Origin: an uncultured bacterium
Lineage (GTDB): Bacteria; Desulfobacterota_D; UBA1144; Nemesobacterales; UBA2774
Reading direction: 5' to 3'
Assembly (NCBI GenBank): GCA_963705505.1
Contig: CAVPJU010000003.1
Span: 224,001 to 288,000 of the forward strand
Length of the DNA: 64,000 nucleotides
This document shows, one piece after another, positions 1-9,188 of the stretch. The notes below the pieces were generated by a model. That model searched no databases and was not told where the DNA came from. It worked only from the letters and a program-made list of their open reading frames with translations. The first letter of the stretch is position 1, and each line of letters starts with the position of its first letter. The translations under genes and the position numbers were made by a program.

Positions 1-26
1 CCCGGGTATATGGCTACTTTACACAT
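1..26 (-). CDS. coaD: Phosphopantetheine adenylyltransferase, 5' end only (runs off the window)
   Basis: The minus strand from 26 reads ATG TGT AAA GTA GCC ATA TAC CCG GG = MCKVAIYPG, matching the CoaD N-terminus (xAIYPGSFDP). It overlaps the rsmD stop; rsmD-coaD is a common gene pair. Confidence 0.75.
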
Positions 27-574
27 TCATCGCTCCTTCTGAAAAAACTGAGATGGGTCCCGCCGAATGGCTTCGTAAACCTTTTAAAGCCGGGCGGAGT
101 TTCGTCTATCTTGTGGTCATGCTCTATTACCATCAGTCCCTCGCTGCTCAGAACAGGGGCCGCACTGTTTATGAAATCCGCGACCTCAAGAACCTCGTAG
201 AGCTTGTAAGGCGGGTCGATAAAAATTATGTCGAAAGATTCATTGTCCCTAATCAGGTTTTTCAGCGCATGTTCGTAACCGGCACATATCAGAGTCGCCC
301 GGTCCGCAAATCCGCAGGCGCTTACATTCTGACAGAGGATCTTAAACGCGGAAGGGTCTTTCTCGATAAATGTCACATGAGACGCTCCGCAGCTCAAGGA
401 CTCTATGCCGAGCCCTCCCGAGCCCGCAAATATATCGAGCACCTTCCGGCCGGAAATGTCCCCCAGCCTGTCGAATATCGATTTCTTGACCCTGCTCGTC
501 GTGGGGCGGACCTTTTGTCCCTTCGGGACCTTGAGCTTCCTCCCCTTGTGAGAGCCTGTAAGCACATGCAACAT
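14..574 (-). CDS. rsmD: 16S rRNA (guanine(966)-N2)-methyltransferase RsmD
   Basis: N-terminal KGRKL...VRPT, SAM-binding LDIFAGSGGLGIE, and the DIIFIDPPY motif. Confidence 0.93.
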   Translation of the reverse strand: MLHVLTGSHKGRKLKVPKGQKVRPTTSRVKKSIFDRLGDISGRKVLDIFAGSGGLGIESLSCGASHVTFIEKDPSAFKILCQNVSACGFADRATLICAGYEHALKNLIRDNESFDIIFIDPPYKLYEVLEVADFINSAAPVLSSEGLMVIEHDHKIDETPPGFKRFTKPFGGTHLSFFRRSDECVK

Positions 575-834
575 AAGGGTTGATATAGTACCATAGCGGC
601 CTTTTTTGGCAAAGAATCAGTCACTTGAACAACCTGATCCATATATGTCTTTAACATATAGCTTATTTTAACCAAGATCGGCTCAATCGATTGATAACTG
701 CGGAGACCAGTTTCGAAACGATATCGCCGATTGGATAATCGTACCTGCAAACTGAAAATATCGCTTTGTTCCGGGATATTATAAGATAAAATTGTAATCG
801 CCGGTCGTTATTCAGCATCCGGGGAGGATAATCT

Positions 835-1236
835 ATGAACCGTTTCGATGGTAAGTTTAAGATCTCCATATTGATTTTAATTCTGATGACCTTCACCCCG
901 GTCTCGCTTATCTCGGCAAGCGTCAAAGCGGCCACTGCCGATTCACAGATGATAGCGCCCGGGAAGAATGCGTCCACGTTGAGGGAAATAGACGAGCTCA
1001 AGGTCAGGAGGGCGCTTGAAAACAAGATCGTAGCCGGGCAGCTCATGAGTCACGGCTTAACGAAAGAAGAGGTCTCCGCAAAGCTGAATCAAATGAGCGA
1101 CGAGCAGGTCCACCAGATGGCGTCCCTTGCAGACAGAATTCCGGCTGGCGGCGACGCCGTCCTCGGAGTTGTGATAGCAGTACTTGTAATCTTTGCACTG
1201 GTGCTTCTGATAATATTCCTTTACAAGAGGGTATAA
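835..1236 (+). CDS. PA2779-family exported protein (signal peptide, PAGG motif, hydrophobic C-terminal helix)
   Basis: 133 aa with a GGAGG SD. It has an N-terminal signal peptide, then ...MSDEQVHQMASLADRIPAGG followed by a very hydrophobic stretch ending KRV. It sits directly upstream of a C39 peptidase. Confidence 0.8.
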   Translation: MNRFDGKFKISILILILMTFTPVSLISASVKAATADSQMIAPGKNASTLREIDELKVRRALENKIVAGQLMSHGLTKEEVSAKLNQMSDEQVHQMASLADRIPAGGDAVLGVVIAVLVIFALVLLIIFLYKRV

Positions 1237-1270
1237 ATGAACGGAAGCGGGAATTATAAATAAATTCCGA

Positions 1271-1825
1271 ATGTCCAAAATATCAGCTTTCGTAATCATT
1301 CCGCTCATAATCCTGATCTCCAACGCGGGCTGTGCTCAGAAGAGCGCCGGCGCCGGGAAAATACCGGAGGTGCAAAACGGCAAGGTCATAGATGGGGTGC
1401 CTTTCGTTAAGCAGAAGGATAATTTTTGCGGACCTGCCGCAATGGCATCGGTGCTCGAATATTACGGCGACGACATTTCCCAGGAAGAGATAGCCGGGAA
1501 GGTCTATACTCCAAAGCTCGAAGGGGCGCTTATATCGGACATGGAGAACTTCGCCAGGGATAACGGCTATCGAGCCGAGACAATTAACGGGAATATAGAC
1601 GCACTCGAAGAAGAGATAAATGAGGGGATTCCGGTCATTCTCCTGGTCGACAAGGGGAAGTGGAAAGTCAGCGTTCCGCACTATTATGTTGTTTACGGTT
1701 ATGACAAGGACAAAGAGGTTTTCATACTCCACACGGGAGACGAAAGCGGCCAGGAGGTCAAGTTCGACAAGCTCGACAGCGAATGGGAAAAAATGAACCG
1801 CCTGATGCTCATAGTGAGAAAGTGA
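1271..1825 (+). CDS. C39-family cysteine peptidase, predicted lipoprotein (PA2778-like N-terminal half)
   Basis: Lipobox-like NAGC; VPFVKQKDNFCGPAAMASVL (Gln/Cys motif); GIPVILLV; HYYVVYGYD (catalytic His). Confidence 0.85.
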   Translation: MSKISAFVIIPLIILISNAGCAQKSAGAGKIPEVQNGKVIDGVPFVKQKDNFCGPAAMASVLEYYGDDISQEEIAGKVYTPKLEGALISDMENFARDNGYRAETINGNIDALEEEINEGIPVILLVDKGKWKVSVPHYYVVYGYDKDKEVFILHTGDESGQEVKFDKLDSEWEKMNRLMLIVRK

Positions 1826-2409
1826 AAAATTCGCCGATTATATTTTCCGTATTATTAATTGCCTCCTCTCTCATATTCTCCGGATGCGCAGCCATTTACG
1901 GCTCATATTTCACAGATGACCCCCTCACCGCGGAAGAGCACAATAACCTGGGCGTAATTTACGAAAGGGAGGGTAAATATGACCTCGCCCTCAGGGAGTA
2001 TAAAAGGGCTATTTCCCTGGACGGAAAGCTCATAGTCCCTCTCGTCAATGTAGGGAACGTTTACGTAAAGGAGGGAGAGTATGATGAAGCGGAGAAGTAT
2101 TACAAGAAAGCCCTCGGGAAGGACAAGCATAATACGGAAGCTGCAAATAACCTCGCGTCCGTCTACATCAAGACCGGGGGGGATTATGAAGAAGGGATAG
2201 AAACCCTCCTCGCTGCGACGGAATCCCAAAAACCTGTCCCCGCATACGCGCTCGACACGCTGGGTGTTTTGTACTTCAAGACCGGAAACCGCGAGAAGGC
2301 GGGAGAGCTATTGAACGAAGCTTGCACGAGCGCCTCCGGTGATGATAAATTAAAGAGCGAAATAAGCGCACACCTCAGAGAGATCGGAGATAGTAAGGGA
2401 TGTAAATAA
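1822..2409 (+). CDS. Tetratricopeptide-repeat lipoprotein
   Basis: The GTG start overlaps the upstream TGA (GTGA). Lipobox FSGC; TPR motifs HNNLGVIY...ALREYKRAI, NVGNVY...AEKYYKKAL, NNLASVY, DTLGVLY. Confidence 0.85.
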   Translation: MKNSPIIFSVLLIASSLIFSGCAAIYGSYFTDDPLTAEEHNNLGVIYEREGKYDLALREYKRAISLDGKLIVPLVNVGNVYVKEGEYDEAEKYYKKALGKDKHNTEAANNLASVYIKTGGDYEEGIETLLAATESQKPVPAYALDTLGVLYFKTGNREKAGELLNEACTSASGDDKLKSEISAHLREIGDSKGCK

Positions 2410-2444
2410 TGTGTGCGGTCTCCACAGCAAGAATCGGAGACAAT

Positions 2445-3374
2445 CTAACCAAGAACAGTACCCGGTTCGATCTTCCTTCCCGCAAGAAATGCCCTCGAGT
2501 CGAGCCTCCTGCCTCCTTCAAGCTGAAGCTCGAGGATATCGAGCGCGCGCTCGCCGGTCACAATGCGCAAAACACCTTGCCCGGCAATGACCGCCTCTCC
2601 GGGCTTCCCCTCCCCCACCCCTTCAGAAACGGCTGCCCTGTATATCTTGAGCAGCTTCCCGTGAAGGTATGTGTATGCGCCGGGCCAGGGGAGCATGCCC
2701 CTGATAAGATTCCTTATCTCCTCAGCCGGTCTCGTCCAGTCTATCCTGCCGTCCTCTTTTTTCAGCATAGGCGCGTAGGTCGCAAGCGAATCATCCTGTT
2801 TCACCGGACGGAGAGTTCCTTTCTTCAGCTCGGCGATCGCTTCTATAAGAAGCCGGGCCCCTATGACAGAGAGCTTTCCGGACAACGTCTGCCCCGTGTC
2901 GCCGGGATCGATCGGGACTTCTCGTTTCAGCAGCATGTCCCCCGTGTCCATACCCTCATCCATTTGCATAACAGTAATGCCCGTCACCTCTTCGCCGCGC
3001 GCTATGGCCCAATTTATAGGCGCCGCTCCGCGGTATTTCGGAAGCAGGGACGCATGGACATTAATGCAGCCGAATGGCGGAAGGTCGAGTATCGTTTTCG
3101 GAAGGATTTTTCCGTAAGCCGCCACACAAATCAGGTCGGGGTTTATATTCCCGAGCTCATTTAAGAACTCTCCGGTCCTGATTTTAGAAGGCTGAAGTAC
3201 GAGGATACCGTGCTCTTCCGCGATTATCTTCGTCGGTGGCGCTGAGGCTTTGAGCCCCCTCCCCTTCGGTTTATCAGGCTGCGCAACGAGAGCCGCGACC
3301 TGGTCTTCGGACTCTATCAGTGCTATTAGCGACGGTACAGCGAATTCGGGGGTCCCCATGAAGACGATTCTCAT
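2445..3374 (-). CDS. fmt: Methionyl-tRNA formyltransferase
   Basis: MRIVFMGTPEFAV, QPDKPKGRG, INVHASLLPKYRGAAPI, MDEGMDTGD. Confidence 0.97.
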   Translation of the reverse strand: MRIVFMGTPEFAVPSLIALIESEDQVAALVAQPDKPKGRGLKASAPPTKIIAEEHGILVLQPSKIRTGEFLNELGNINPDLICVAAYGKILPKTILDLPPFGCINVHASLLPKYRGAAPINWAIARGEEVTGITVMQMDEGMDTGDMLLKREVPIDPGDTGQTLSGKLSVIGARLLIEAIAELKKGTLRPVKQDDSLATYAPMLKKEDGRIDWTRPAEEIRNLIRGMLPWPGAYTYLHGKLLKIYRAAVSEGVGEGKPGEAVIAGQGVLRIVTGERALDILELQLEGGRRLDSRAFLAGRKIEPGTVLG

Positions 3375-3518
3375 ATCTCTGGATTATATTCAGAAGCCTC
3401 CCGCTATTCAAACCGTGCCGGATAGATTTAATCAGGAGAAGTCAGTCGGGACGATTCGAATTGAAATTCGGATGATTGAGAAACAAATTACGGTTGGATT
3501 CCAAGAAGGAAGGGAAGC

Positions 3519-4847
3519 TTACTGGCCGTTCTCATCGGGTTTCTCCGAGACAGCCCTGCTAAATTCATCAGTAATCCATTTTTTTATCTGCTCCTGAGAG
3601 CCCTTGCCTATTATATTCCTGACCTTCTTTAAAGATATAACCGCCTTGGCAGCCGATCTGTGTCCGCCAGCGCTGCCGATATCCTTAAACAATTCCCTCA
3701 CGAGCCTGCCCGCGCTTTTTACATACCCCACGTTCCTTACCGAGATGATAAGGTGCGAATTCGCCAGTATGCCGAATGCTACGGACCACTCGATACCCTT
3801 TACCTGAATGCCGAAATCGGCCATTTTCGGTATCAGGTATTCCCTGTCCACCCTCCCGACATTGACGAAGAATATCTGACCCTCGATCCAGTGGTCCGCG
3901 AGTGCCTGCCCGAAGGACTTGATTTCCGAAGGCGGCACTTCGGCGCGCTCTATGCGTCTCAATAACCCGAGGTTCGCGAGGGGATAGAGGAAAGTAAAAG
4001 CTTCGACGTCATCAGAATCTGCGTCCCTGTTGAGCGTGACGGTATCCGTTTTGATCCCGTAGAGGAGCGCTGTAGCAAGCCTCTCCGATATATCCGTCTG
4101 CGACGCTCTCAGATACTTGGTAAGGATCGTGGAAGTCGCTCCCTCCTCGGCCCTTATTTCCTTGAACCTCGCATCGTAGGAACCGACGAGGGGGTGGTGA
4201 TCGATCACGGTGTCCACAGGCGGAAGCTCGGGGCCGAAAAACGGGGGCTGCACATCGAGCAGCGCTATGGAGTCGAACTCCTTGAGATCTTTTAAATGGA
4301 GCTCCTGCAAATCGATTTCGAGAAGCTCTATCATCGCGACGTTTTCCGGACGCGAAATCTTGTCTCCGAGATGTCCTATAGTAGCAGTCTGTTTATTCCT
4401 TTTCAGAAGGACCCTCAGAGCGAGCGCGCTCGCGATCGAATCGGGATCGGGGTGGTCATGGAGCAGGATCAGCATCTTCTTTGCGTTCGCATGTATCTTC
4501 CTCAGCTCATCGACCCTGAGATCGGCCCTGGCGAGCTTTTCCTCACGCGCTATCTCTTCGGACAGCAGCTTATGAAACGCGACGAACCTTACCGACGGCG
4601 GCGGCTCCTCTTTCTGCTCTCCGTTGCTTACGATCATCGGCGTCTGGGGATAATGCGCCGACAGCTCCTTCGTAATCTCCGGAGCAAAGCACCTGCTTTC
4701 AATCATGATTATGGAAAAGTTGCCTGTCTGGTTGAGTGCTTCCTCCAGAGAGCTGACCCAGATGACCTCACCCCTCTTCGAGAAAAGCCCGAGAAGAAAT
4801 GAATCGAAATCCCCGATAAATAAATATCTTCTCAGTTCCTTCTGCAT
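3519..4847 (-). CDS. DHH/DHHA1-family phosphoesterase with an extra ~110-aa N-terminal domain
   Basis: HDHPDPDSIASA, LLD, VIDHH, YGIKTDT and C-terminal AGGHRSAA motifs. Confidence 0.85.
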   Translation of the reverse strand: MQKELRRYLFIGDFDSFLLGLFSKRGEVIWVSSLEEALNQTGNFSIIMIESRCFAPEITKELSAHYPQTPMIVSNGEQKEEPPPSVRFVAFHKLLSEEIAREEKLARADLRVDELRKIHANAKKMLILLHDHPDPDSIASALALRVLLKRNKQTATIGHLGDKISRPENVAMIELLEIDLQELHLKDLKEFDSIALLDVQPPFFGPELPPVDTVIDHHPLVGSYDARFKEIRAEEGATSTILTKYLRASQTDISERLATALLYGIKTDTVTLNRDADSDDVEAFTFLYPLANLGLLRRIERAEVPPSEIKSFGQALADHWIEGQIFFVNVGRVDREYLIPKMADFGIQVKGIEWSVAFGILANSHLIISVRNVGYVKSAGRLVRELFKDIGSAGGHRSAAKAVISLKKVRNIIGKGSQEQIKKWITDEFSRAVSEKPDENGQ

Positions 4848-4849
4848 TA

Positions 4850-5680
4850 TTATTTAGCCCTGCTCAGTGATTTCTCACCTGAGCTTTCGCACGCCCTGCT
4901 TAAACCGCTCACGAATCCGGAGAGTTCGTCAAAGAGCTCTTTCTTCTTCCCCCCGTGTTTTTCGATTATACGTACTATCGCGCTCCCCACTATAACGGCG
5001 TCCGCATAACGGGCGATTTTGGCAACCTGTTCCGGCGAGGATATACCGAAGCCTACGCCCACAGGGAGCTTGGTCACACGTTTTATCTCGCCCGTAAGAT
5101 CGGCGAGTGAATAATCCATATCGGGCCTCACGCCGGTAATACCGGTCACGGAAACGAGGTACACGAAACCGCTTGCATTTTTCGCGACGAGGCTGATCCT
5201 TTCACCCGTACTCGTGGGAGCCAGCAGGAAGATGAAATCGAGTCCCGCCTTATCGGTATGGACTTTGAATTCGCCCGCTTCTTCGGGAGGCAGGTCTACC
5301 GCGAGGACCGCGTCAGCGCCGGCTTTTGCCGCGTCTTTGGCGAATCTTTCGAGGCCGTATTTGAAATAAGGATTAAAGTAGCCGAAAAGGATTATGGGTA
5401 TCTCGGATTTTTCCCTGATGCGTTTGACTATCTCGAGAACCTTTTTTAGCGTTGTCCCCTTGGCGAGCGCTCTTTCCGAGGCAAGCTGTATGGCCGGACC
5501 GTCGGCCATCGGGTCGGAAAACGGGACGCCCAGCTCGATTATGTCCGCTCCGCTTTCTTCAAGCTTAAGCACGAGCTCAGCGGTTAAATCCGGAGACGGG
5601 TCCCCGGCTGTAACGTAATTGACGAGAGCTGTCCTGTTCTTTTTTTTAAGCTCCCTGAACTTATCGGCTATTCTGCTCAT
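4850..5680 (-). CDS. trpA: Tryptophan synthase alpha chain
   Basis: IIELGVPFSDPMADGPAIQ, GFVYLVSVTGITG, VGFGIS, ADAVIVGSAIV. Confidence 0.97.
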   Translation of the reverse strand: MSRIADKFRELKKKNRTALVNYVTAGDPSPDLTAELVLKLEESGADIIELGVPFSDPMADGPAIQLASERALAKGTTLKKVLEIVKRIREKSEIPIILFGYFNPYFKYGLERFAKDAAKAGADAVLAVDLPPEEAGEFKVHTDKAGLDFIFLLAPTSTGERISLVAKNASGFVYLVSVTGITGVRPDMDYSLADLTGEIKRVTKLPVGVGFGISSPEQVAKIARYADAVIVGSAIVRIIEKHGGKKKELFDELSGFVSGLSRACESSGEKSLSRAK

Positions 5681-5824
5681 ATGATTTTAGAATTGGATTT
5701 AAATGGATGAAATCAACCGACAGTCATTTGTTCCCAAACCACTGCTCTTATTGATGGTCATTTTAAAGGGATATTAAACTATTAAAAGCTAAAGAACCCG
5801 CCCCATAACTTGATTACACCGGAC

Positions 5825-5852
5825 AATCTAACACCTCCGGGACTAAAGTCAA
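5825..5852 (-). promoter_or_regulatory. Putative sigma70 promoter inside the trpB-trpA spacer
   Basis: Minus strand TTGACT-N16-TAGATT, with a TGn extended -10. Confidence 0.4.
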
Positions 5853-5929
5853 GATTGAGACCAGGCGGCACGCAGGGAATGAGGCAAAGGGATTTCCGTC
5901 GCCCGCAATGATAAAACTTGCAATAAACT

Positions 5930-7138
5930 TCACTGTTTTAGACCCTTTATGAGAATATCGGAAACGGCGTTTATGTCCTTATCGCCCCTTCCCGAGAGGC
6001 ATATAATAATTACAGAATCCCTGGGCATACCAGGCGCGATTTTTCTCGTGTATGCGACGGCATGGGAAGACTCGAGCGCCGGGATTATGCCTTCCACCCG
6101 GGAGAGGTACCTGAACCCTTCGAGCGCCTCCGAATCCGTAACATTCGTGTACGAAACCCTCCCCGTATCGTTGAGATATGAATGCTCCGGCCCAACGCCC
6201 GGGTAATCGAGGCCGGGAGCTATGGAGTGAGTGCCCTGCACCTGACCGTCCTCATCCTGAAGTAGATAGGTTTTACTGCCGTGGAGCACGCCGACTGTTC
6301 CGCTTGAGATGCTCGCCGCGTGGTGACCGGTCTTTATACCGCTGCCCGCCGCCTCGACGCCTGTCATTCTTACGGTTTCATCCCCGAGGAAGGGATAGAA
6401 GAGCCCCATTGCATTAGAACCTCCGCCTACACACGCCACGAGCAGATCGGGGAGACGCTTTTCCTTCTCCAGTATCTGCTCCCTAGCTTCCCTGCCTATG
6501 ACGGATTGGAAATCCCTCACCATCATCGGATAGGGATGCGGCCCCGCGACGCTTCCTATGATATAAAAAGTATTCCTGACGTTCGTTATCCAGTCTCTCA
6601 TAGCCTCGTTCATCGCGTCTTTCAGCGTCTGAGTCCCCTGAGTCACCTCCCTTACGGTTGCGCCCAGGAGTTTCATGCGTGTTACATTGAGCGCCTGCCG
6701 CCTCGTATCCTCAATGCCCATGAATATCTCGCATTCCATATCGAGGAGCGCCGCTACGGTTGCGGTTGCCACTCCGTGCTGTCCCGCCCCTGTTTCCGCG
6801 ATGATCCTCTTTTTCCCCATACGCGAAGCCAGAAGAACTTGCCCCATAGTGTTATTGATCTTGTGAGCGCCTGTGTGCGCGAGGTCCTCTCGTTTAAGGT
6901 AAATCTTCGCCCCCCCGAGGTCTTTCGTCATCCTCTCGGCGAAGTAAAGCGGGGTCGGTCGTCCGACATATTCCTTCAAATAGTATTCGAGCTCCTGTCT
7001 GAACTGGGGGTCGTCCTTGATTTCGAGATACGCCTTTTCGAGCTGCAATATAGCAGGCATAAGGGTCTCCGAGACATACCTGCCCCCGAATATGCCGAAA
7101 TGTCCCAATTCGTCCGGCATTACAGGTCTAGTCGCCAT
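5930..7138 (-). CDS. trpB: Tryptophan synthase beta chain
   Basis: [16 protein letters not shown] (PLP lysine), [27 protein letters not shown]. Confidence 0.98.
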   Translation of the reverse strand: MATRPVMPDELGHFGIFGGRYVSETLMPAILQLEKAYLEIKDDPQFRQELEYYLKEYVGRPTPLYFAERMTKDLGGAKIYLKREDLAHTGAHKINNTMGQVLLASRMGKKRIIAETGAGQHGVATATVAALLDMECEIFMGIEDTRRQALNVTRMKLLGATVREVTQGTQTLKDAMNEAMRDWITNVRNTFYIIGSVAGPHPYPMMVRDFQSVIGREAREQILEKEKRLPDLLVACVGGGSNAMGLFYPFLGDETVRMTGVEAAGSGIKTGHHAASISSGTVGVLHGSKTYLLQDEDGQVQGTHSIAPGLDYPGVGPEHSYLNDTGRVSYTNVTDSEALEGFRYLSRVEGIIPALESSHAVAYTRKIAPGMPRDSVIIICLSGRGDKDINAVSDILIKGLKQ

Positions 7139-7742
7139 TTTTCACCGCCTCGATAAATTTTCTCATCTTGATATGATTTTTTCTGCCGGGCGAGTCTTCG
7201 ACGCCCGTGCTTACATCAACGCCGTAGGGCCTGACTAACTTAATGGCCCGGGACACATTATCGGGAGTTAACCCGCCGGATAAAATAACTTTTTTTGATG
7301 TTTTTATACCCTTTAAGACTCCCCAGTCAAAGCTCGACCCGGTCCCCCCGTAGAGTTCGTCAGAATGCTTATCAAAGAGGATAGCCCGAACCGGATAAAG
7401 TTCAACTTCATCTATATCAACTCCGTCTTTCACTCTCACCGCCTTTATCACTTTATAGGGCAGCATTGCGCAGAACTCGGGACTCTCGTCCCCGTGGAGC
7501 TGTACCGTATCTATTCCCGACATCTCGGCCGCCTCATTAATCTCATCTATGCCCTGATTGACGAAGACCCCGACGGCAGAGACAAAAGGGGGGAGAACGG
7601 AAATGATTTCAGAGGCGTCGCGGGGATCTATGTATCTTCGACTGCCTTTGTAAAATATAAAACCCAGCGCGTCCGCGCCCAGCTCGACCGCGCGCAGTGC
7701 GTCTTCAGAATTGGTAATTCCGCATACCTTGACCCTTGTCAT
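7128..7742 (-). CDS. trpF: Phosphoribosylanthranilate isomerase
   Basis: [38 protein letters not shown]. It overlaps the trpB start. Confidence 0.96.
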   Translation of the reverse strand: MTRVKVCGITNSEDALRAVELGADALGFIFYKGSRRYIDPRDASEIISVLPPFVSAVGVFVNQGIDEINEAAEMSGIDTVQLHGDESPEFCAMLPYKVIKAVRVKDGVDIDEVELYPVRAILFDKHSDELYGGTGSSFDWGVLKGIKTSKKVILSGGLTPDNVSRAIKLVRPYGVDVSTGVEDSPGRKNHIKMRKFIEAVKNGD

Positions 7743-7809
7743 CGGAAAGGAAAATTATAAAATCACATTCCGCCTATGTAAACCGGAACCGCCCTCCCGG
7801 TATTACCCG

Positions 7810-8922
7810 TTAACGGTTATCCAGATAATCTCTGACGGATTCGGCTATGATCCTGTACCCGTTCTTATTCTCATGCCCGCCGAAGTTGTTCGGGTATATC
7901 TGCTCCGTGCCGGCGCTCCGGCTAAGCGGGCCGAGCACATCGATATATTCGATGCCGTGCTCCCCGAAATATGTTTTGACCGCGGTATCGACCCGCCTCT
8001 CGTTCTCAATAAGGTAATCGATTTTGTTCGATGCGGGAAGCGCCGTATTCCCCTCGATATACTTTGCGAATACACTTTCCTTCGTAGGTATGATGACCAC
8101 GAGGAATTCGATATTGTTCTTTCTCGCAAGCTCGTTCATACGGTTAAAAAATTCGAGGCTCAGCCGAAGCCCTTCCTTTATTCGTGCATTCTCCAGGTCG
8201 AGTCCCCTGAGCCTCTGGCCGGGGGTAAACCCCGTGTCGATGCCCGTTTTTTCATCCTTGAGCATGACGATCTCCTCCCCCCTCTTCATCCTCCTCATCT
8301 GCCTCAGATTATCTCCGACGAACGAAGAGCTCACGAGCCTGTATAACACGCTGTGTCCGGACAGCCAGTCGCCTATACCGTATGAGAAATCTTCTTCATC
8401 GTCGTCATCTCCGCTTTCAGGCGCCCGAGAAAATTCGGGCTTCCTCAGCTCTTTCCATTGCGAGACATTATACACAGCAGTGAAAGAGTCCTTGAGATCG
8501 TTCCCCAGGTAAAACCCCGCAATTATAATTTTCGGATGAAGCGAGAGAGCCTCGTTTTCCATAAGATAGAGATACTCCGGAGGTCCATAGCCCCCGAGTG
8601 ACATGTTATATACAGTTTTACCTGTCATCCTCCCGAGCGCGGAGGGCCAGGAATCCCTCGCTCTCGCGCTTATACCGTATGTGTGCGAGTCGCCTATGGC
8701 AACTATATCGGCTGTACCCGCAACCGACCTGTTTCTGAAGCCGCGGGAATCGTGGGCTCCTGTGCCGGGCTCTATCCTGTACCTGAGCACATCGTCGGGG
8801 ACCCTCCTCGGCTTCAAAAAATCTATCGGGTCGAATACGGTTCTGGAAACTCCCTCGGCTATCAGGAGCGATATTACCAATGAAAACAGGGTCAATAAAA
8901 AGTATTTGATGTATCTATTCAA
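7810..8922 (-). CDS. Membrane-anchored SGNH/GDSL hydrolase-family protein
   Basis: N-terminal TM helix; block I AIGDSHTYG; block II NMSLGGYG; block III GNDL; C-terminal GGH.N..GY. Confidence 0.75.
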   Translation of the reverse strand: MNRYIKYFLLTLFSLVISLLIAEGVSRTVFDPIDFLKPRRVPDDVLRYRIEPGTGAHDSRGFRNRSVAGTADIVAIGDSHTYGISARARDSWPSALGRMTGKTVYNMSLGGYGPPEYLYLMENEALSLHPKIIIAGFYLGNDLKDSFTAVYNVSQWKELRKPEFSRAPESGDDDDEEDFSYGIGDWLSGHSVLYRLVSSSFVGDNLRQMRRMKRGEEIVMLKDEKTGIDTGFTPGQRLRGLDLENARIKEGLRLSLEFFNRMNELARKNNIEFLVVIIPTKESVFAKYIEGNTALPASNKIDYLIENERRVDTAVKTYFGEHGIEYIDVLGPLSRSAGTEQIYPNNFGGHENKNGYRIIAESVRDYLDNR

Positions 8923-9188
8923 CGGAAATCGATTCCTCTATATATGAAGGGGGATCCGCTTTGCCGGTCAGCAGTTTTCATGAAGGTGCATATTTTCTCC
9001 GAAACTGTCCTCCGGCATTTATATATTTTAAATTTCCAGTAATATAATCGAGGAAAAAGTCCGAGACAATAAGCGCCCCGGACACGAAACATCCGTACGA
9101 CATGTGTTATAATATTTACCCGAGCCGAATTCAAATTATCCGAAAATCTTGAATATCCCAGCACACTGCCCGTAAACAGAGAGACTAT

